64,000 nt of DNA from Eledone cirrhosa (taxonomy: Eukaryota). The notes beneath the pieces are model-generated. The model had not been told where the DNA came from. It was given only the letters and a program-made list of their open reading frames with translations, and did no database searches. The position numbers and the translations under genes were made by a program. Where the stretch lies: the NCBI GenBank assembly GCA_964016885.1, contig OZ024750.1, forward strand, positions 35,526,001 to 35,590,000, written 5' to 3'. Below are positions 34,823-47,669 of this stretch, piece after piece (the stretch's first letter is position 1; every line of letters starts with the position of its first letter).

Positions 34823-35167
34823 ATCATCATCATCATCATCATTTCATTTTACGTCCGCTTTTCCCTGCGTGCAAAGGTGGGACGGTAACTGATTCTGGCT
34901 TGATTTCTACAGCTGGATGCCCTTCCTAACACCAACCTCATTTACAGTGAGTGCTGGGTGCTTTTTTGCCGTGGCACCTCCACGACCACTTTGCAGTGGA
35001 ATGATAGAGACCCCAGTCCCTATCATCTCATTTCTACAGCTGAGTAAACTGGAGCAATGTGAAATAAAGTCTCTTGCTCAAGGAAACAACACATCACCCA
35101 GTCTGAGAATTGAACTCACAACCTTTCGATTGCAAGGCCAATGCTCTAACCACTAAGCCATGTGCCT
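34823..35167 (-). mobile_element. SINE family B, full length
   Basis: near-identical to 18477-18820. Confidence 0.93.
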
Positions 35168-35352
35168 CCATGACTATTAAACTTCACAAGTCTACAAAAT
35201 AAGTACCTGGTGTAGTCTTTATGTTGCCCCAGGTTAGATTTCACCAAGGAGACCCATGGCACACACAAAAAGAATTAACCAATCTTCCTTATTGCCATTT
35301 ATATTGTACAGTTTTTATCATATTTTCTCTTTCTATTAGATTAATAAACATT

Positions 35353-35533
35353 TTGGCAATATCGGTAGAGAGTCGGACACCATGCTTTGAAGCATAGAGT
35401 TACGCCCCTTTATGATCTGAGTTCAAATCCCGCCGAGGTTAACTTTGCCTTTCATCCTTACGGGGTCAATAAAATAAAGTACCAGTAATGCACTGGGTAA
35501 TTGCTGGCCTTGTGCCTAAAATAGAAACAATTA
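35353..35533 (+). mobile_element. SINE family A
   Basis: first of a tandem pair. Confidence 0.9.
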
Positions 35534-35573
35534 TATGATTCAACAAAATAAACTTTGAAATATTTTGTGCATA

Positions 35574-35763
35574 GGCGGTGGATTGGCAGTATCGGTAGAG
35601 GGTCGGACACCATGCTTTGATGCATTGAGTTACAGCCCTTGCCATTCTGAGTTCAAATCCCGCTGAGGTTAACTTTGCCTTTCATCCTTACGGGGTCAAT
35701 AAAATAAAGTACCAGTAATACACTGAGTAATTGCTGGCCTTGTGCCAAAAGTAGAAACAATTA
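35574..35763 (+). mobile_element. SINE family A
   Basis: second of a tandem pair. Confidence 0.92.
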
Positions 35764-35879
35764 TATGATTCAACAAAATAAACTTTGAAATATTTTGTGC
35801 ATAACATATACAATTATCTTTAATGTGGATATAAGTTGTAACGATGAAAGAATGGTATTTAACTAATGTATTGGTACGC

Positions 35880-36062
35880 AATGGGGCCCACCCACAGCCC
35901 CGGCAGACAGAATGGAGAAGGCGTTTCCCCGGAGGACGGCAAGGGAGATGTGCTGGAAAAGCCACTCCAACTTGCGGGGCTCACACCTGCGGCTGGCCAG
36001 CTCAGCGCCTATGGTGGTGAGTAAGGAGGTAGCCCTGGGGCCGAGGGCACAAACCGGCCATA
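35880..36062 (-). mobile_element. CRE-like LINE 3' coding end
   Basis: LGPRATSLLTTIGAELASRRCEPRKLEWLFQHISLAVLRGNAFSILSAG. Confidence 0.8.
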
Positions 36063-36271
36063 TCTGTCCATATTCTTCTCCAGAACTCTTCCAATTCTTT
36101 TACTTTTAGGACTACATTGGCTTCTATTTTGTTTCTATTAAGTTCTTGGTAGAGTTGTTTTGGTTTGGAGTGAAACAACTGATTTAGTTGAAAAAACTTT
36201 TGGTGCTTTTGATATCTCTGAATTCTTGGTGCCTTTGCCAGTATTTCTTGTGTTTGGGATTTCTCTTTCTG

Positions 36272-36545
36272 TTCATCATCATCATTTTATGTCCGCTTTT
36301 CCCTGCTTGCAAGGGTTGGACGGGTCCTATTCAGCACAGCATCTCTCTGCTTGTCACAGTCCTTCGTCATCTCCTCCGTGAGTTTCAGCGATCTGAGGTC
36401 TGCTTTCACCACCTCCGCCCATGTTTTACGTGGTCTACCTCTACTGCGTCTTCCTTCTACTGGGATTTCTTGGCACTTCTTTATCCAGCAGTCATCCTCC
36501 ATTCGCATCACATGCCCATACCATCTCAGCCTTCTCTCCTGCACA
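36272..36545 (-). mobile_element. RTE LINE 3' end
   Basis: QERRLRWYGHVMRMEDDCWIKKC...RGRPRKTWAEVVKADL. Confidence 0.92.
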
Positions 36546-36639
36546 TGTTATGTTCTATTTTTGTGTGTTTTTATTTGTTTCCCTGTTCTTAGTTTTGTTG
36601 TTTTTTTTCTTCTTTTCTATCTTTGGTTTCCACGTTTGT

Positions 36640-37490
36640 GTGGATTTTGTTTTTCTGGCTTCTATAGCTTAAAGAGGGTATCCATTTTCTTTTGTAACAA
36701 CAGTGGCTGCTGCATATATTATATTTTTAAATCTGTGATATTAGTGGTTTTATTCATATATATTAAGTCTGTGATGGCTAGGTTAGGGATTTTTAGAAGG
36801 GTTGCTACTTTATTATTAAAGTATCTTTGGTCCATAGGGGAATCTATTGTTTGGAGTACTTGAAGTATTTCTTTCTTTATCCTATTGTCATCTTGAATTT
36901 CATCATTAGGGGTTATTTTCTTTCTATCTTTTTCTTCATATTTCTTTTCGTTTGTATTTTTGGTTGTGTTGTCTGAAATCGGTTTTTGTTGGTTAGCACT
37001 ATGTGTATCTTTTATGGTTAGTGTTAGCACTGTGTGTATCTTTTATGGTTAGGGTTAGCACTGTGTGTATCTTTTATGGTTGGGGATTGCTCTGTTTTGT
37101 TGTTTACTTTATCTATTTGGTGTATGTCAGTTTTTTAATTCTCTGTATATTCATGTTCGTTAATTATTATGTTATCATTATTTGTGTTTTCGTTATGAAT
37201 TTGTTCTTTAAGTTGTTCGATTTCCGTGTCTGATATTTTTTTTGTTTTTGATATGTATCTCCTTAAATTTGGTAGTTTATTAGGGTCAAGTATTAACTCA
37301 AAATGTGGAGTATTTTTGGCCAGATTTTGTGTGTGATGTGTTTCCGTTTTTAGGGTATAATGTTACCGTAAGGTACGCGTGTATGATTGAAGCATATTCC
37401 TCAGTTGTCCATTTGTGTCTTTTGGACTTTATTAGTGGTACTTGACGGTTAGAGTCTGGCCCATTATTTAGATCTTTATCATTTTTGTTG
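36640..37490 (-). mobile_element. R4/Dong-like LINE N-terminal region, decayed
   Basis: RHKWTTEEYASIIHAY, DPNKLPNLRRYISKTKKISDTEIEQLKEQI, TNITDL.IIYAAAT. Confidence 0.7.
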
Positions 37491-37863
37491 GGTATCGGCT
37501 TTTGTGCTTCTGTGTTTGTACGTTTTTGTGCGTATTAGTTATCATACAATTATTTCCTTAACTTCAAAGAACGAACGTCTGTACATCAATGGGATTGTTT
37601 TGTGTACATTTTTCGTTGTGTCTATAATACAGGCATTTGTAAAACAATCAGTAAAGTTTGTTACTTACATGTATCGATATACTCTTTGTTTTCATTTTAA
37701 CTCTCTATGTGATGTTGCGGCTAATGTTCTATTTGTGTTTTACTCATGTGGTCACAATTTTGATAAAGAAAATTATGTTATTAGGACGATCCATGTATAC
37801 AATTTATTTTTGGTAGGCCTTCTTAGTTCTCATCCATTATGTTTCCCCTTATTATTATTATTT

Positions 37864-38055
37864 GGCAGATGGATTGGCAGTATCGGTAGAGGGTCGGACG
37901 TCATGCTTTGACGCATAGAGTTACGGCCCTTTCCATTTTGAGTTCAAATCCCGCCGAGGTTAACTTTGCCTTTCATCCTTCCGAGGTCGATAAAATAAAG
38001 TACCAGTAATGCACTGGGTATTTGCTGGCCTTGTTCCTAAAGTAGAAACAATTAT
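37864..38055 (+). mobile_element. SINE family A
   Basis: full length. Confidence 0.9.
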
Positions 38056-38238
38056 TTGGCAGAATTGTTAGAGCGTCACACACTATGCTTTGCAGCATAG
38101 TTACGGCCCTTTACTTTCTATGTTAAAATCCCGCCGAAGTTAGCTTTGCCTTTCATCATAACGGGGTCGATATAATAAAGCACCAGTAATTGCACTGGGG
38201 TAATTTCTGGTCTAGTGCCAAAAGTAAAAACAATTATT
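38056..38238 (+). mobile_element. SINE family A, older
   Basis: diverged copy directly behind the previous one. Confidence 0.85.
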
Positions 38239-39108
38239 GTCATTATAGTCATTTGTTTTTAAGCATCAAGAATCAATATTTAGCCAATGATTGACCTAAT
38301 TAACATGTTTGGAGTAATGATCTAATAAATTATCTGGACTATAGAATATCTCTCATTAGAGCTTTCACTGTGGGATTTATTCAATTATATTTTTTATCTT
38401 TTTAAGTAATTTATAAATTTTATTTCTGATCTAAAAGATTTCGATGATTAATTTGATAAATTAAAAAAATATATTTCTTAAATTTTAATGTCATACTAAA
38501 TTCCATTTGAATTTTGTTTTTACTTTAAAAATGTCAATAGTTGATGTCTCATCACTTCTTTCTTTTTTATGTCACATCATGTCTGATGGTTGACAATAAA
38601 CACTTATGACGTGTGTGTATATATATATATATGAATGTATGTGTATGTGTATGTGTGTATCTATGCTTGTATGTATGTATATGTATGTATTTGAGTGTAT
38701 ATATATATATATATGTATATGTATGAAATTATGTATATGAATGTTTGTATGTGTCTATATGTATTTATTTATGTATGTATATATATATATATCTGTGAGT
38801 GTATATGTATGTGTGTATGTATGTATATATATGTATGTGTGTTTGAGCTACAGGCTGTTATATCGTCAAGAATTGTATATATGTCTGCTTGGTTTTATTT
38901 CGGCTTTTTCGTATACTTATTTCATTTTATTGTTTGGATAAGGAAACTATCCAGACACCCCGAAAGAATTTCTGTCACAGTTGCAACGGGTAAAGTACTT
39001 TTTATCGAATTTGACGTTTTCAAACTGAATACAGTCATGTGCTTTGTTTTAAATATGGTGGAAAGAAAGACGAGAAAGCACAAATTAACTCTACCTGAAT
39101 GTCTATAA

Positions 39109-39413
39109 CAGGGGTCCCCAACCCCCGGCCCGAGAAGGGTTACAATCTGGCCCGCGAGGGTTCTAAAAAGGGTACAGTTTGTAATAAATTCGCACCCGGT
39201 CTATCGATATTGCCGAATAAAACAATGTTTAAATATATTTTTCAGCTTGGGACAGCTCTAAGTATCAATATTGAATTTTGTTTCAAATCTAACATCAGGG
39301 ATAAATAAATGATTACTTATTTGTATATAAGTAGTATTAATTACGGATCCGGCCCGTGGAGCCACCGCTGCATGGCTATCCGGCCGGCGGACTCAAAAAG
39401 TTGGGGACCCCTG
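39109..39413. mobile_element. hAT (Charlie-like) MITE
   Basis: 14-bp TIR CAGGGGTCCCCAAC/GTTGGGGACCCCTG, perfect 8-bp TSD GTCTATAA. Confidence 0.95.
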
Positions 39414-39549
39414 GTCTATAACGTCCTTTCCCACAAATTTGAAAGGAAGAAAACAAAAATCTTTAAATAGACTGACCCTGGTGTTTAGTGACATGGTCAG
39501 AAGTTATGAACACCAACAACATACAAACGATAGAAAGCCAAATAACAAC

Positions 39550-41530
39550 ATGGCGTTCGGGGTCGGGCTAATGACTGCGAGGTTCTTATCTTCACTGGCA
39601 GCTCGCCTAACAGAGGTAACTGGTGATGCTAGTGAGGGCGCTTGGTTGTTCCAGCGTATCAGCCTCGCCAACACCTCGGGTAACGGTGCGAGCGTGCTGG
39701 CTTACCTAAAAAAATATTAGAGGTTTTCCAGTGCTCCTCGCGATAGTGTTATCTTCTACTCTGGTAGCGGTTCGCTTGTCCACCCCTTTCGCCTGCCTTT
39801 TGTTGTATGTGGTCCTAGATGTATGTATTACCTGCTTGTGTGTTGTATGTGATACTAGATGTATGTATTACCTGCTTGTGTGTTGTATGTGGTCCTAGAT
39901 GCGTGTATTACCTGCTTGTGTGTTGTATGTGGTCCTAGATGTGTGTATTATCTGCTTGTATGTTGTATGTGGTCCTAGATGTGTGTATTACCTGCTTGTG
40001 TGTTGTATGTGGTCCCAGCTGTGTGTATTACTTGCTTGTGTGTTGTATGTGGTCCTAGATGTATGTATTACCTGCTTGTGTGTTGTATGTGGTCCTAGAT
40101 GTATGTATTACCTGCTTGTGTGTTGTATGTGGTCCTAGATGTATGTATTACCTGCTTGTGTGTTGTATGTGGTCCTAGATGTGTGTATTACCTGCTTGTG
40201 TGTTGCATGTGGTCCTAGATGTATGTATTACCTGCTTGTGTGTTGTATGTGGTCCTAGATGTATGTATTACTTGCTTGTGTGTATTATGTGGTCCTAGAT
40301 GTGTGTATTACCTGCTTGTGTGTTGTATGTGGTCCTAGATATGTGTATTACCTGCTGGTGTGTATTATGTGGTCCTAGATGTGTGTATTACCTGCTTGTG
40401 TGTTGTATGTGGTCCTAGATATGTGTATTACCTGCTGGTGTGTATTATGTGGTCCTAGATGTGTGTATTACCTGCTTGTGTGTTGTATGTGGTCCTAGAT
40501 GTGTGTATTACCTGCTGGTGTGTATTATGTGGTCCTAGATGTGTGTATTACCTGCTTGTGTGTTGTATGTGGTCCTAGATATGTGTATTACCTGCTGGTA
40601 TGTATTATGTGGTCCTAGATGTGTGTATTACCTGCTGGTGTGTTGTATGTGGTCCCAGATGTGTGTATTACCTGCTTGTGTGTTGTATGTGGTCCTAGAT
40701 GTATGTATTACTTGCTGGTGTGTATTATGAGGTCCTAGATGTGTGTATTACCTGCTTGTGTGTTGTATGTGGTCCTAGATGGGTGTATTACCTGCTTGTG
40801 TGTTGTATGTGGTCCTAGATGTATGTATTACCTGCTTGTGTGTTGTATGTGGTCCTAGATGTATGTATTACTTGCTTGTGTGTTGTATGTGGTCCTAGAT
40901 GGGTGTATTACCTGTGTGTTGTATGTGGTCCTAGATGAATGTATTACCTGCTTGTGTGTTGTATGTGGTCCTAGATGTGTGTATTACTTGCTTGTGTGTT
41001 GTATGTGGTCCTAGATGAATGTATTACCTGCTTGTGTGTTGTATGTGGTCCTAGATGTATGTATTACCTGCTTGTGTGTTGTATGTGGTCCTAGATGTAT
41101 GTATTACTTGCTTGTGTGTTGTATGTCATCCTAGATGTGTGTATTACTTGCTTGTGTGTTGTATGTGGTCCTAGATGTATGTATTACCTGCTTGTGTGTT
41201 GTATGTGGTCCTAGATGTGTGTGTGTGTGCTACCTGCTGTTGTGTTGTATGTGGTCCTAGATGTGTGTGTGTGTGCCACCTGCCTGTGTGTTGTATACGG
41301 TCCTAGATGTGTGTGTGTGTGTGCCACCTGCCTGTGTGTTGTATACGGTCCTAGATGTGTGTGTGCTACCTGATTGTGTGTTTTTCTTTTATTTTTTCCT
41401 CTTTCTTTTTTCTTTTTTCTTTCCATTTCCTTTATATTATATTTGTTTGTGCTTTCATTCTGTAAACATTGTGTAATTTATGTGCTTATTAATAAAATTG
41501 ATAATTTACTCGCTGATGATAAAAAAAACA
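39550..41530 (+). mobile_element. CRE-like LINE 3' end whose 3' UTR carries a minisatellite
   Basis: ARFLSSLAARLTEVTGDASEGAWLFQRISLANTSGNGASVL; pyrimidine tract, AATAAA and A-run at 41380-41530. Confidence 0.7.
39792..41372. repeat. 40-bp minisatellite, ~38 units
   Basis: cctgcttgtgtgttgtatgtggtcctagatgtatgtatta. Confidence 0.97.
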
Positions 41531-41672
41531 ACAAAAAACAAAATCAGCATTAACTGCCATCCCCACCACTCAATCAAAACGATCAAGAAAACAACGAAAT
41601 GATAAATCTAAACAACAACACCTACTACAGCTTCAATTGTACCGAAGACGACAGTTGTCATATCTATAGTAT

Positions 41673-41859
41673 TAATAATTGTTTCTACTTTAGGCACAAG
41701 GCCAGCAATTATCTCAGTGCATTACTGCTGCTTTATTTTATTGACCCCGTAAGGATGAAAGGCAAAGTTAACTTCGACGGGATTTGAACTCAGAACGTAA
41801 AGGGCCATAACTATTCTGCAAATCATGGCGTCCGACTCTACCACTACTGCTAATCCACC
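41673..41859 (-). mobile_element. SINE family A
   Basis: reverse copy. Confidence 0.88.
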
Positions 41860-41942
41860 AAATATTTATATGTGTACGTGTGTGTTAGTATGTGTAAGTG
41901 AGTTGTGTGTGTGTGAGTGAGTGTATGTGTGTGTTGTATGCA

Positions 41943-43481
41943 TGGGTGTCATTAAGTGTGAAGGAAACTCTTTAAAACCTGTGGTTGAAGCAACTCCCAC
42001 TCATCTTGCTCCAGCATGTCACTGGACTCTAGTTTCGGATACTCAGAGGGTAGTACTAGTGTTGTACCAGTGTTTACTATAATATACTGATGTACAGATC
42101 TCTCTTACATCTTTCTTCATGTGTCCTATTACTGAAATACTGTGATGATAGACAAATGGTAACATGTGCAGACCTGCCCAGTTAGAAGCTTATAGTCACA
42201 AGTCTACACACAGGCATCTTGAGCTTACTTTGCTTCACTTGAGCAGGAATATGAATAAAACAAAATGCAAAAAGTACGCGAAAGATCGAGTCAAACTCAA
42301 CATTTTTCTTTTGTAACGTGAGGAGACTCTTGGACAGAAACTCGTCTGGATGTCCAGAATGTAGAACTGTACTTGTGACAAAAGAACTCAGAAGATTGAA
42401 CATAGACATAGCAGCTTTATCTGAAACACATTTGGCGGGAGACGATCAATTAACAGACGTATCATCAGGCTTCTCTCTTTTTTGGGGTAGATAAACCCAT
42501 AGCTGAATAGAGAGAGGGCGATGTTGGCTTCATCATTTAGAACATCCCTGCTTGATTGTGTGGAATGTCCTACTGGTGTAACTGATTGCATTAGGAAGCT
42601 ACGTATTCCTCTGAGACATGGCCGTTATGTAACACTTTTATCTGTTTATGCACCAACCCTACAGGCCAGTGAGGTGGTCCTTGATTCTTCTATGAGTATC
42701 TTCGTGTTGCCATTGCATGCACAGCTGCTGATGATAAATTATTACTTCTCAGTGATTTCAATGCTAATGTGGGTATTGATCATGAGACGGGTGCACTTCA
42801 TCCATTTGGTATTGGTAAAATGAACACCAGCGGCCTGAGGTTGCTTTAACTCTGCTCAGAACTTGACTTAACCATTTGCAACACTCTTTTCCACCAGAAG
42901 CTCAAATATAAAGCTACCTAGAATCATCCAAGATCCAAGCATGGACACATGGCTGATTTAATCATCACTCGTAAATGAGATCTAAGTGATATGTGTACAG
43001 TGCATGTGTTGCGTAGTGCAGAATGTGGCACTGACCACAAATTAGTGCGAGGAAAGTTGAAGATGAGTATCCGTATGAGTGGAGTGAAAGCATCGAAACG
43101 CATTGATGCCACCAAACTGAGGAAAATTGGAAAAGAGAGTTTGGGCAAATCGCAACATTACCAACAATGCCAAGGTGTGTGTGTATAGATCATGTGTTCT
43201 GTCTGCTCTTTTATACTCCATTGAAACCTGGACGCTATTCCACAAACACATCAAATTACTTCAGCGCTTTCAGCAATGTTTAAGGTGCATATTCAACATC
43301 AAGTGGCAAGACAGAACTCCTGACATCCATGTCCTTATCAAAGCAGAATGTCCAAGCATTGAGTCTCAAGTAACATCTTCTCAAATGTGCTGGACAGTAC
43401 ATATTGTCTGCATGAATGAAAGCAAGATCCTGAAGCAACTGTAAGCTCCATCTTGGAAAAAGGCCTCAACACAAACCGAAA
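41943..43481 (+). mobile_element. BovB-like RTE LINE, internally deleted (APE endonuclease joined to post-RT C-terminus)
   Basis: NVRRLLD, NIDIAALSETHLA, TLLSVYAPTL, SDFNANVG, HPRSKHGH, AECGTDHKLV, then KVCVYRSCVLSALLYSIETWT; 5' boundary approximate. Confidence 0.9.
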
Positions 43482-44587
43482 ATGGCTAAAACATTGGAAT
43501 AAACTAAATATTTTTATTTACCCCATCATGGTTAAAACATTGGAATAAACTAAATATTTTTATTTACCCCATCATGGTTAAAACATTGGAATAAACTAAA
43601 TATTTTTATTTACCCCATCATGGTTAAAACATTGGAATAAACTAAATATTTTTATTTACCCCATCATGGCTAAAACATTGGAATAAACTAAATATTTTTA
43701 TTTACCCCATCATGGTTAAAACATTGGAATAAACTAAATATTTTTATTTACCCCATCATGGTTAAAACATTGGAATAAACTAAATATTTTTATTTACCCC
43801 ATCATGGTTAAAACATTGGAATAAACTAAATATTTTTATTTATCCCATCATGGTTAAAACATTGGAATAAATTAAATATTTTTATTTATCCCATCATGGT
43901 TAAAACATTGGAATAAACTAAATATTTTTATTTACCCCATCACTGCTAAAAAATTGGAATAAACTAAATATTTTTATTTACCCCATCATGGCTAAAACAT
44001 TGGAATAAACTAAATATTTTTATTTACCCCATCATGGCTAAAGCACTGGAATAAACTAAATATTTTTATTTACCCCATCATGGCTAAAACATTGGAATAA
44101 ACTAAATATTTTTATTTACCCCATCATGGTTAAAACATTGGAATAAACTAAATATTTTTATTTTCCCCATCATGGTTAAAACATTGGAATAAACTAAATA
44201 TTTTTATTTACCCCAACATGGTTAAAACATTGGAATAAACTAAATATTTTTATTTACCCCAACATGGTTAAAACATTGGAATAAACTAAATATTTTTATT
44301 TACCCCATCATGGTTAAAACATTGGAATAAACTAAATATTTTTATTTACCCCATCATGGCTAAAACATTGGAATAAACTAAATATTTTTATTTACCCCAT
44401 CATGGTTAAAACATTGGAATAAACTAAATATTTTTATTTACCCCATTATGGTTAAAACATTGGAATAAACTAAATATTTTTATTTACCCCATCATGGTTA
44501 AAACATTGGAATAAACTAAATATTTTTATTTACCCCATCATGGTTAAAACATTGGAATAAACTAAATATTTTTATTTACCCCATCAT
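43482..44587. repeat. 46-bp minisatellite, 24 units
   Basis: atggttaaaacattggaataaactaaatatttttatttaccccatc. Confidence 0.97.
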
Positions 44588-45065
44588 TAGGTGCTACCAC
44601 TACCACTATCACTCTCAGATATTTCTGCTTTCTTTCTCTTTTGATTAAGATTTCATAATTCCATATTGTTGGTTTCTATTATGCTGAGGAAATTCAGGAT
44701 AGTGGAGTGCCAGAGTAGGAAAGGGTGGTGATGGGGCTTGGTGGTGGGGAGAAATATCTTATAGTATTTAGTTAAATCCCTTTATGATTTCAGTTCTGGT
44801 TCTGGTAAAGTTGACTTTTATGTTTTTTTTAATCTTTTTTCCAGTAATATACAGTAAATCGATTCAGTTGATTATCAGCATTCTATTTAAATTCCTGGCT
44901 TTATAAACATGTAAAAAATATTACTATTAAGGGAAACATTATAATCTGCAGTTTTATTGTAGCAGAGCTACATCAGATAGAATAAAAATAAATATATTAG
45001 CTGGTAGAAAAATAGGACTAGAAGCTATTTAGGTGCAGATTTTTTTTTAATATTAGATATGAAGT

Positions 45066-45312
45066 TTGTCAGAGTGATGACTGCACTGGAGTGGATATGG
45101 GGTGTGCATGCTGGGTAAAGAAGGGCCAATCCCAGTGGAAGGAAGCCATGACAGAGAAAGACCAAGGAAGACCTGGGTAGAAGTGGTGAGAGCTGATCTT
45201 AAATTGCTGAAGCTCATGGAAGAGATGACAATCGATTGCAATGAGTGGAGAGATGCTGAAAAAGACCCGTCAAACCCATGCAAGCATGGAACAGCGGACA
45301 TAAAACGAAGAT
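45066..45312 (+). mobile_element. RTE LINE 3' end followed by an expanded (GAT)n tail to ~45493
   Basis: IPVEGSHDRERPRKTWVEVVRADLK. Confidence 0.85.
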
Positions 45313-45629
45313 GATGAGGGTGATGATGGTGGTGATGAGGATGATAACGACGATGAAGATGGAGATGTTGGTGATGATGATAATGATGATGGTGATGATG
45401 ATGATAATGATGATGATGATGAAGATGAAGATGGATATGATGGTGGCGATGATGATGATGATGACAATGATAAAGATGATAATGATGATGATAAAAAAAA
45501 GAGAAATAAAGCTTGAATCAGAGTACAGCATTAAAAAACACATTTTAGCTAGTATAACTGGTATTGACTGCAGTATTATTTTCATTATCTTGTCCACAGA
45601 GTGAGGCTGAGATATCCTGTTTAGCTACT

Positions 45630-45960
45630 TGTGTAGAGTTTGACCCTTCCTTATTTTCCCCCTCGACTGCTCCGTTTTTGTGCCAGCTGCCTTTGAGACA
45701 TCAGGTATCCTTGGTTCTCAAATTGCTGATTTCCACCATAAAAAGACAGCAACCCACCTGAGGAAGGATCCTCGTCAGGCTGAGTGGCTGTTGCAGCAAG
45801 TATCTCAGGCCATTCCCTGCAGCAACGTCTTTAATATTTTGTGAGGAACAGCTGAAACACACCACTTTCACTGGGATGTAGAGCCTGTCATTCCCTCCCC
45901 ATTTCCCTTTCTTTTATTGCTTGATTTTTTCTTTTTTTTCTTCTCTTTCTTGCTTCCTTA
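45630..45960 (+). mobile_element. CRE-like LINE 3' end, decayed
   Basis: SGILGSQIADF...DPRQAEWLLQQVSQAIPCSNVFNIL plus pyrimidine tail. Confidence 0.65.
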
Positions 45961-46471
45961 TAGCCATTTATATTGTACAGTTTTTATCATATTTTCTCTT
46001 TCTATTAGATTAATAAACATTATATGATTCAACAAAATAAACATTGAAATATTTTGTGCATAACATACCCAATTATCTTTAATAGCTCTTTATTTCTATA
46101 AATCCAAGGCTTCTAGAACAATCTTCTGTATGGAACCAATTAAAGGGTTTTTGGTATCTTTTCAGAACTCCAAGTAAATGATATCAAATGTCCAAGAGCT
46201 TATCTGGTTATTTAATCTACCAATTTAGTTTGGCTAGATTTTATTTACACATAAATCCCCAATTCTGAACTAAACTGGGTATTTCTTTAATCTTATTATC
46301 AAACAAGTATTTGATAATCTTAACGTAACAAAGATGTATTTAATTTGAATTTACAATGCATGTTATCTAATAAGGCTACCATTTCTTGGCTGTCATATTT
46401 ACTGACGGATTAATCATATGTACAAGTAAATAAGACTGCTATTGCTCCAATGAGTTCATAAAATTCTGAAA

Positions 46472-46693
46472 CCCTTTAGCATATAAACCAGCCATATCCG
46501 ACCAGGACTCTCTCACCTCTTTTTCTTCAAACCGGTTGTAACTGGCTGCTCATACCTACATTAAGGTATTGATCTCAAAATAGATAACTTTAACATCTCA
46601 TAGATTCAATATTATGTTCGATAATTATGTAAGATAAAGCCTCTACTCTGAAAATACAATAGTAAATATAGAATAAATGTAAATGCCAAGGGG
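46472..46693 (-). mobile_element. piggyBac-type MITE
   Basis: CCCTTTAGC...GGG-TTAA; homologous to 24698-24917. Confidence 0.85.
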
Positions 46694-47033
46694 TTAAACC
46701 AAATGCCAGCATCTACTCGTGACTCCTGTTAAACCAATCCACAACCCATCCTCCAAATTAAGCAAACTAAACCTAGATCACCCACCATTCCAAACTTGGC
46801 AAACCAGACACAGACTGTAACAGCCAACAAATGGGAAGACATACGTTATCAAGCTACAGCTATCATATAACCTTGTTTCTATATAATAAAGCTAATATTA
46901 TCTGCAGCAACTATGACCCCATTACATAATAGGCTGTGCTCCACCTTCTCCCATTGTCTTGTATATAATTTACTAATCAAATTTAAGAACTTGTAAATCG
47001 TCATGTAAAAACATCAACATTTTCCATTTTCAG

Positions 47034-47209
47034 GTTTGTATGTGATACTTCCTATGATAAAATCAACCAATTTGTAGAAGGCGGCGTATATATTTTCTAG
47101 CATATGAAAATATGAGGAACAACCTCCTTCAGAACCAACAGTGAAATATTATTATTTTGTATCAGAATCTGTGACATTTAGATTGTTGATTTTATTCTCT
47201 ACTATTCAG
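47034..47209 (+). other. Candidate non-coding exon
   Basis: ttttccattttCAG acceptor; donors CAG|GTCAGT or TCA|GTAAGT; stops in all frames. Confidence 0.25.
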
Positions 47210-47251
47210 GTCAGTAAGTTTGATATTTCATATTCAGTTATTATATATATA

Positions 47252-47450
47252 GGGCGGTGGATTGGCAGTATCGGTAGAGGGTCGGACGCCATGCTTTGAT
47301 GCATAGAGTTACGGCCCTTGCTATTCTGAGTTCAAATCCTGCCGAGGTTAACTTTGCCTTTCATTCTTACGGGGTCGATAACATAAAGTACCAGTAATGC
47401 ACTGGGTAATTGCTGGCCTTGTGCCAAAAGTAGAAACAATTATTATTATT
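47252..47450 (+). mobile_element. SINE family A
   Basis: full length, first of a tandem pair. Confidence 0.93.
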
Positions 47451-47464
47451 ATTTCCATTATTAA

Positions 47465-47660
47465 GGGCGGTGGCTTGGCAGTATCGGTAGAGGGTCAGAT
47501 GCCATGCTCTGACGCATAGAGTTATGGCCCTTGCTATTCTGAGTTCAAATCCCGCCGAGGTTAACTTTGCCTTTCATTCTTACGGGGTCGATAAAATAAA
47601 GTACCAGTAATGCACTGGGTAATTACTGGCCTTGTGCCAAATGTAGAAACAATTATTATT
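47465..47660 (+). mobile_element. SINE family A
   Basis: full length, second of a tandem pair. Confidence 0.93.
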
Positions 47661-47669
47661 TCCATTATT

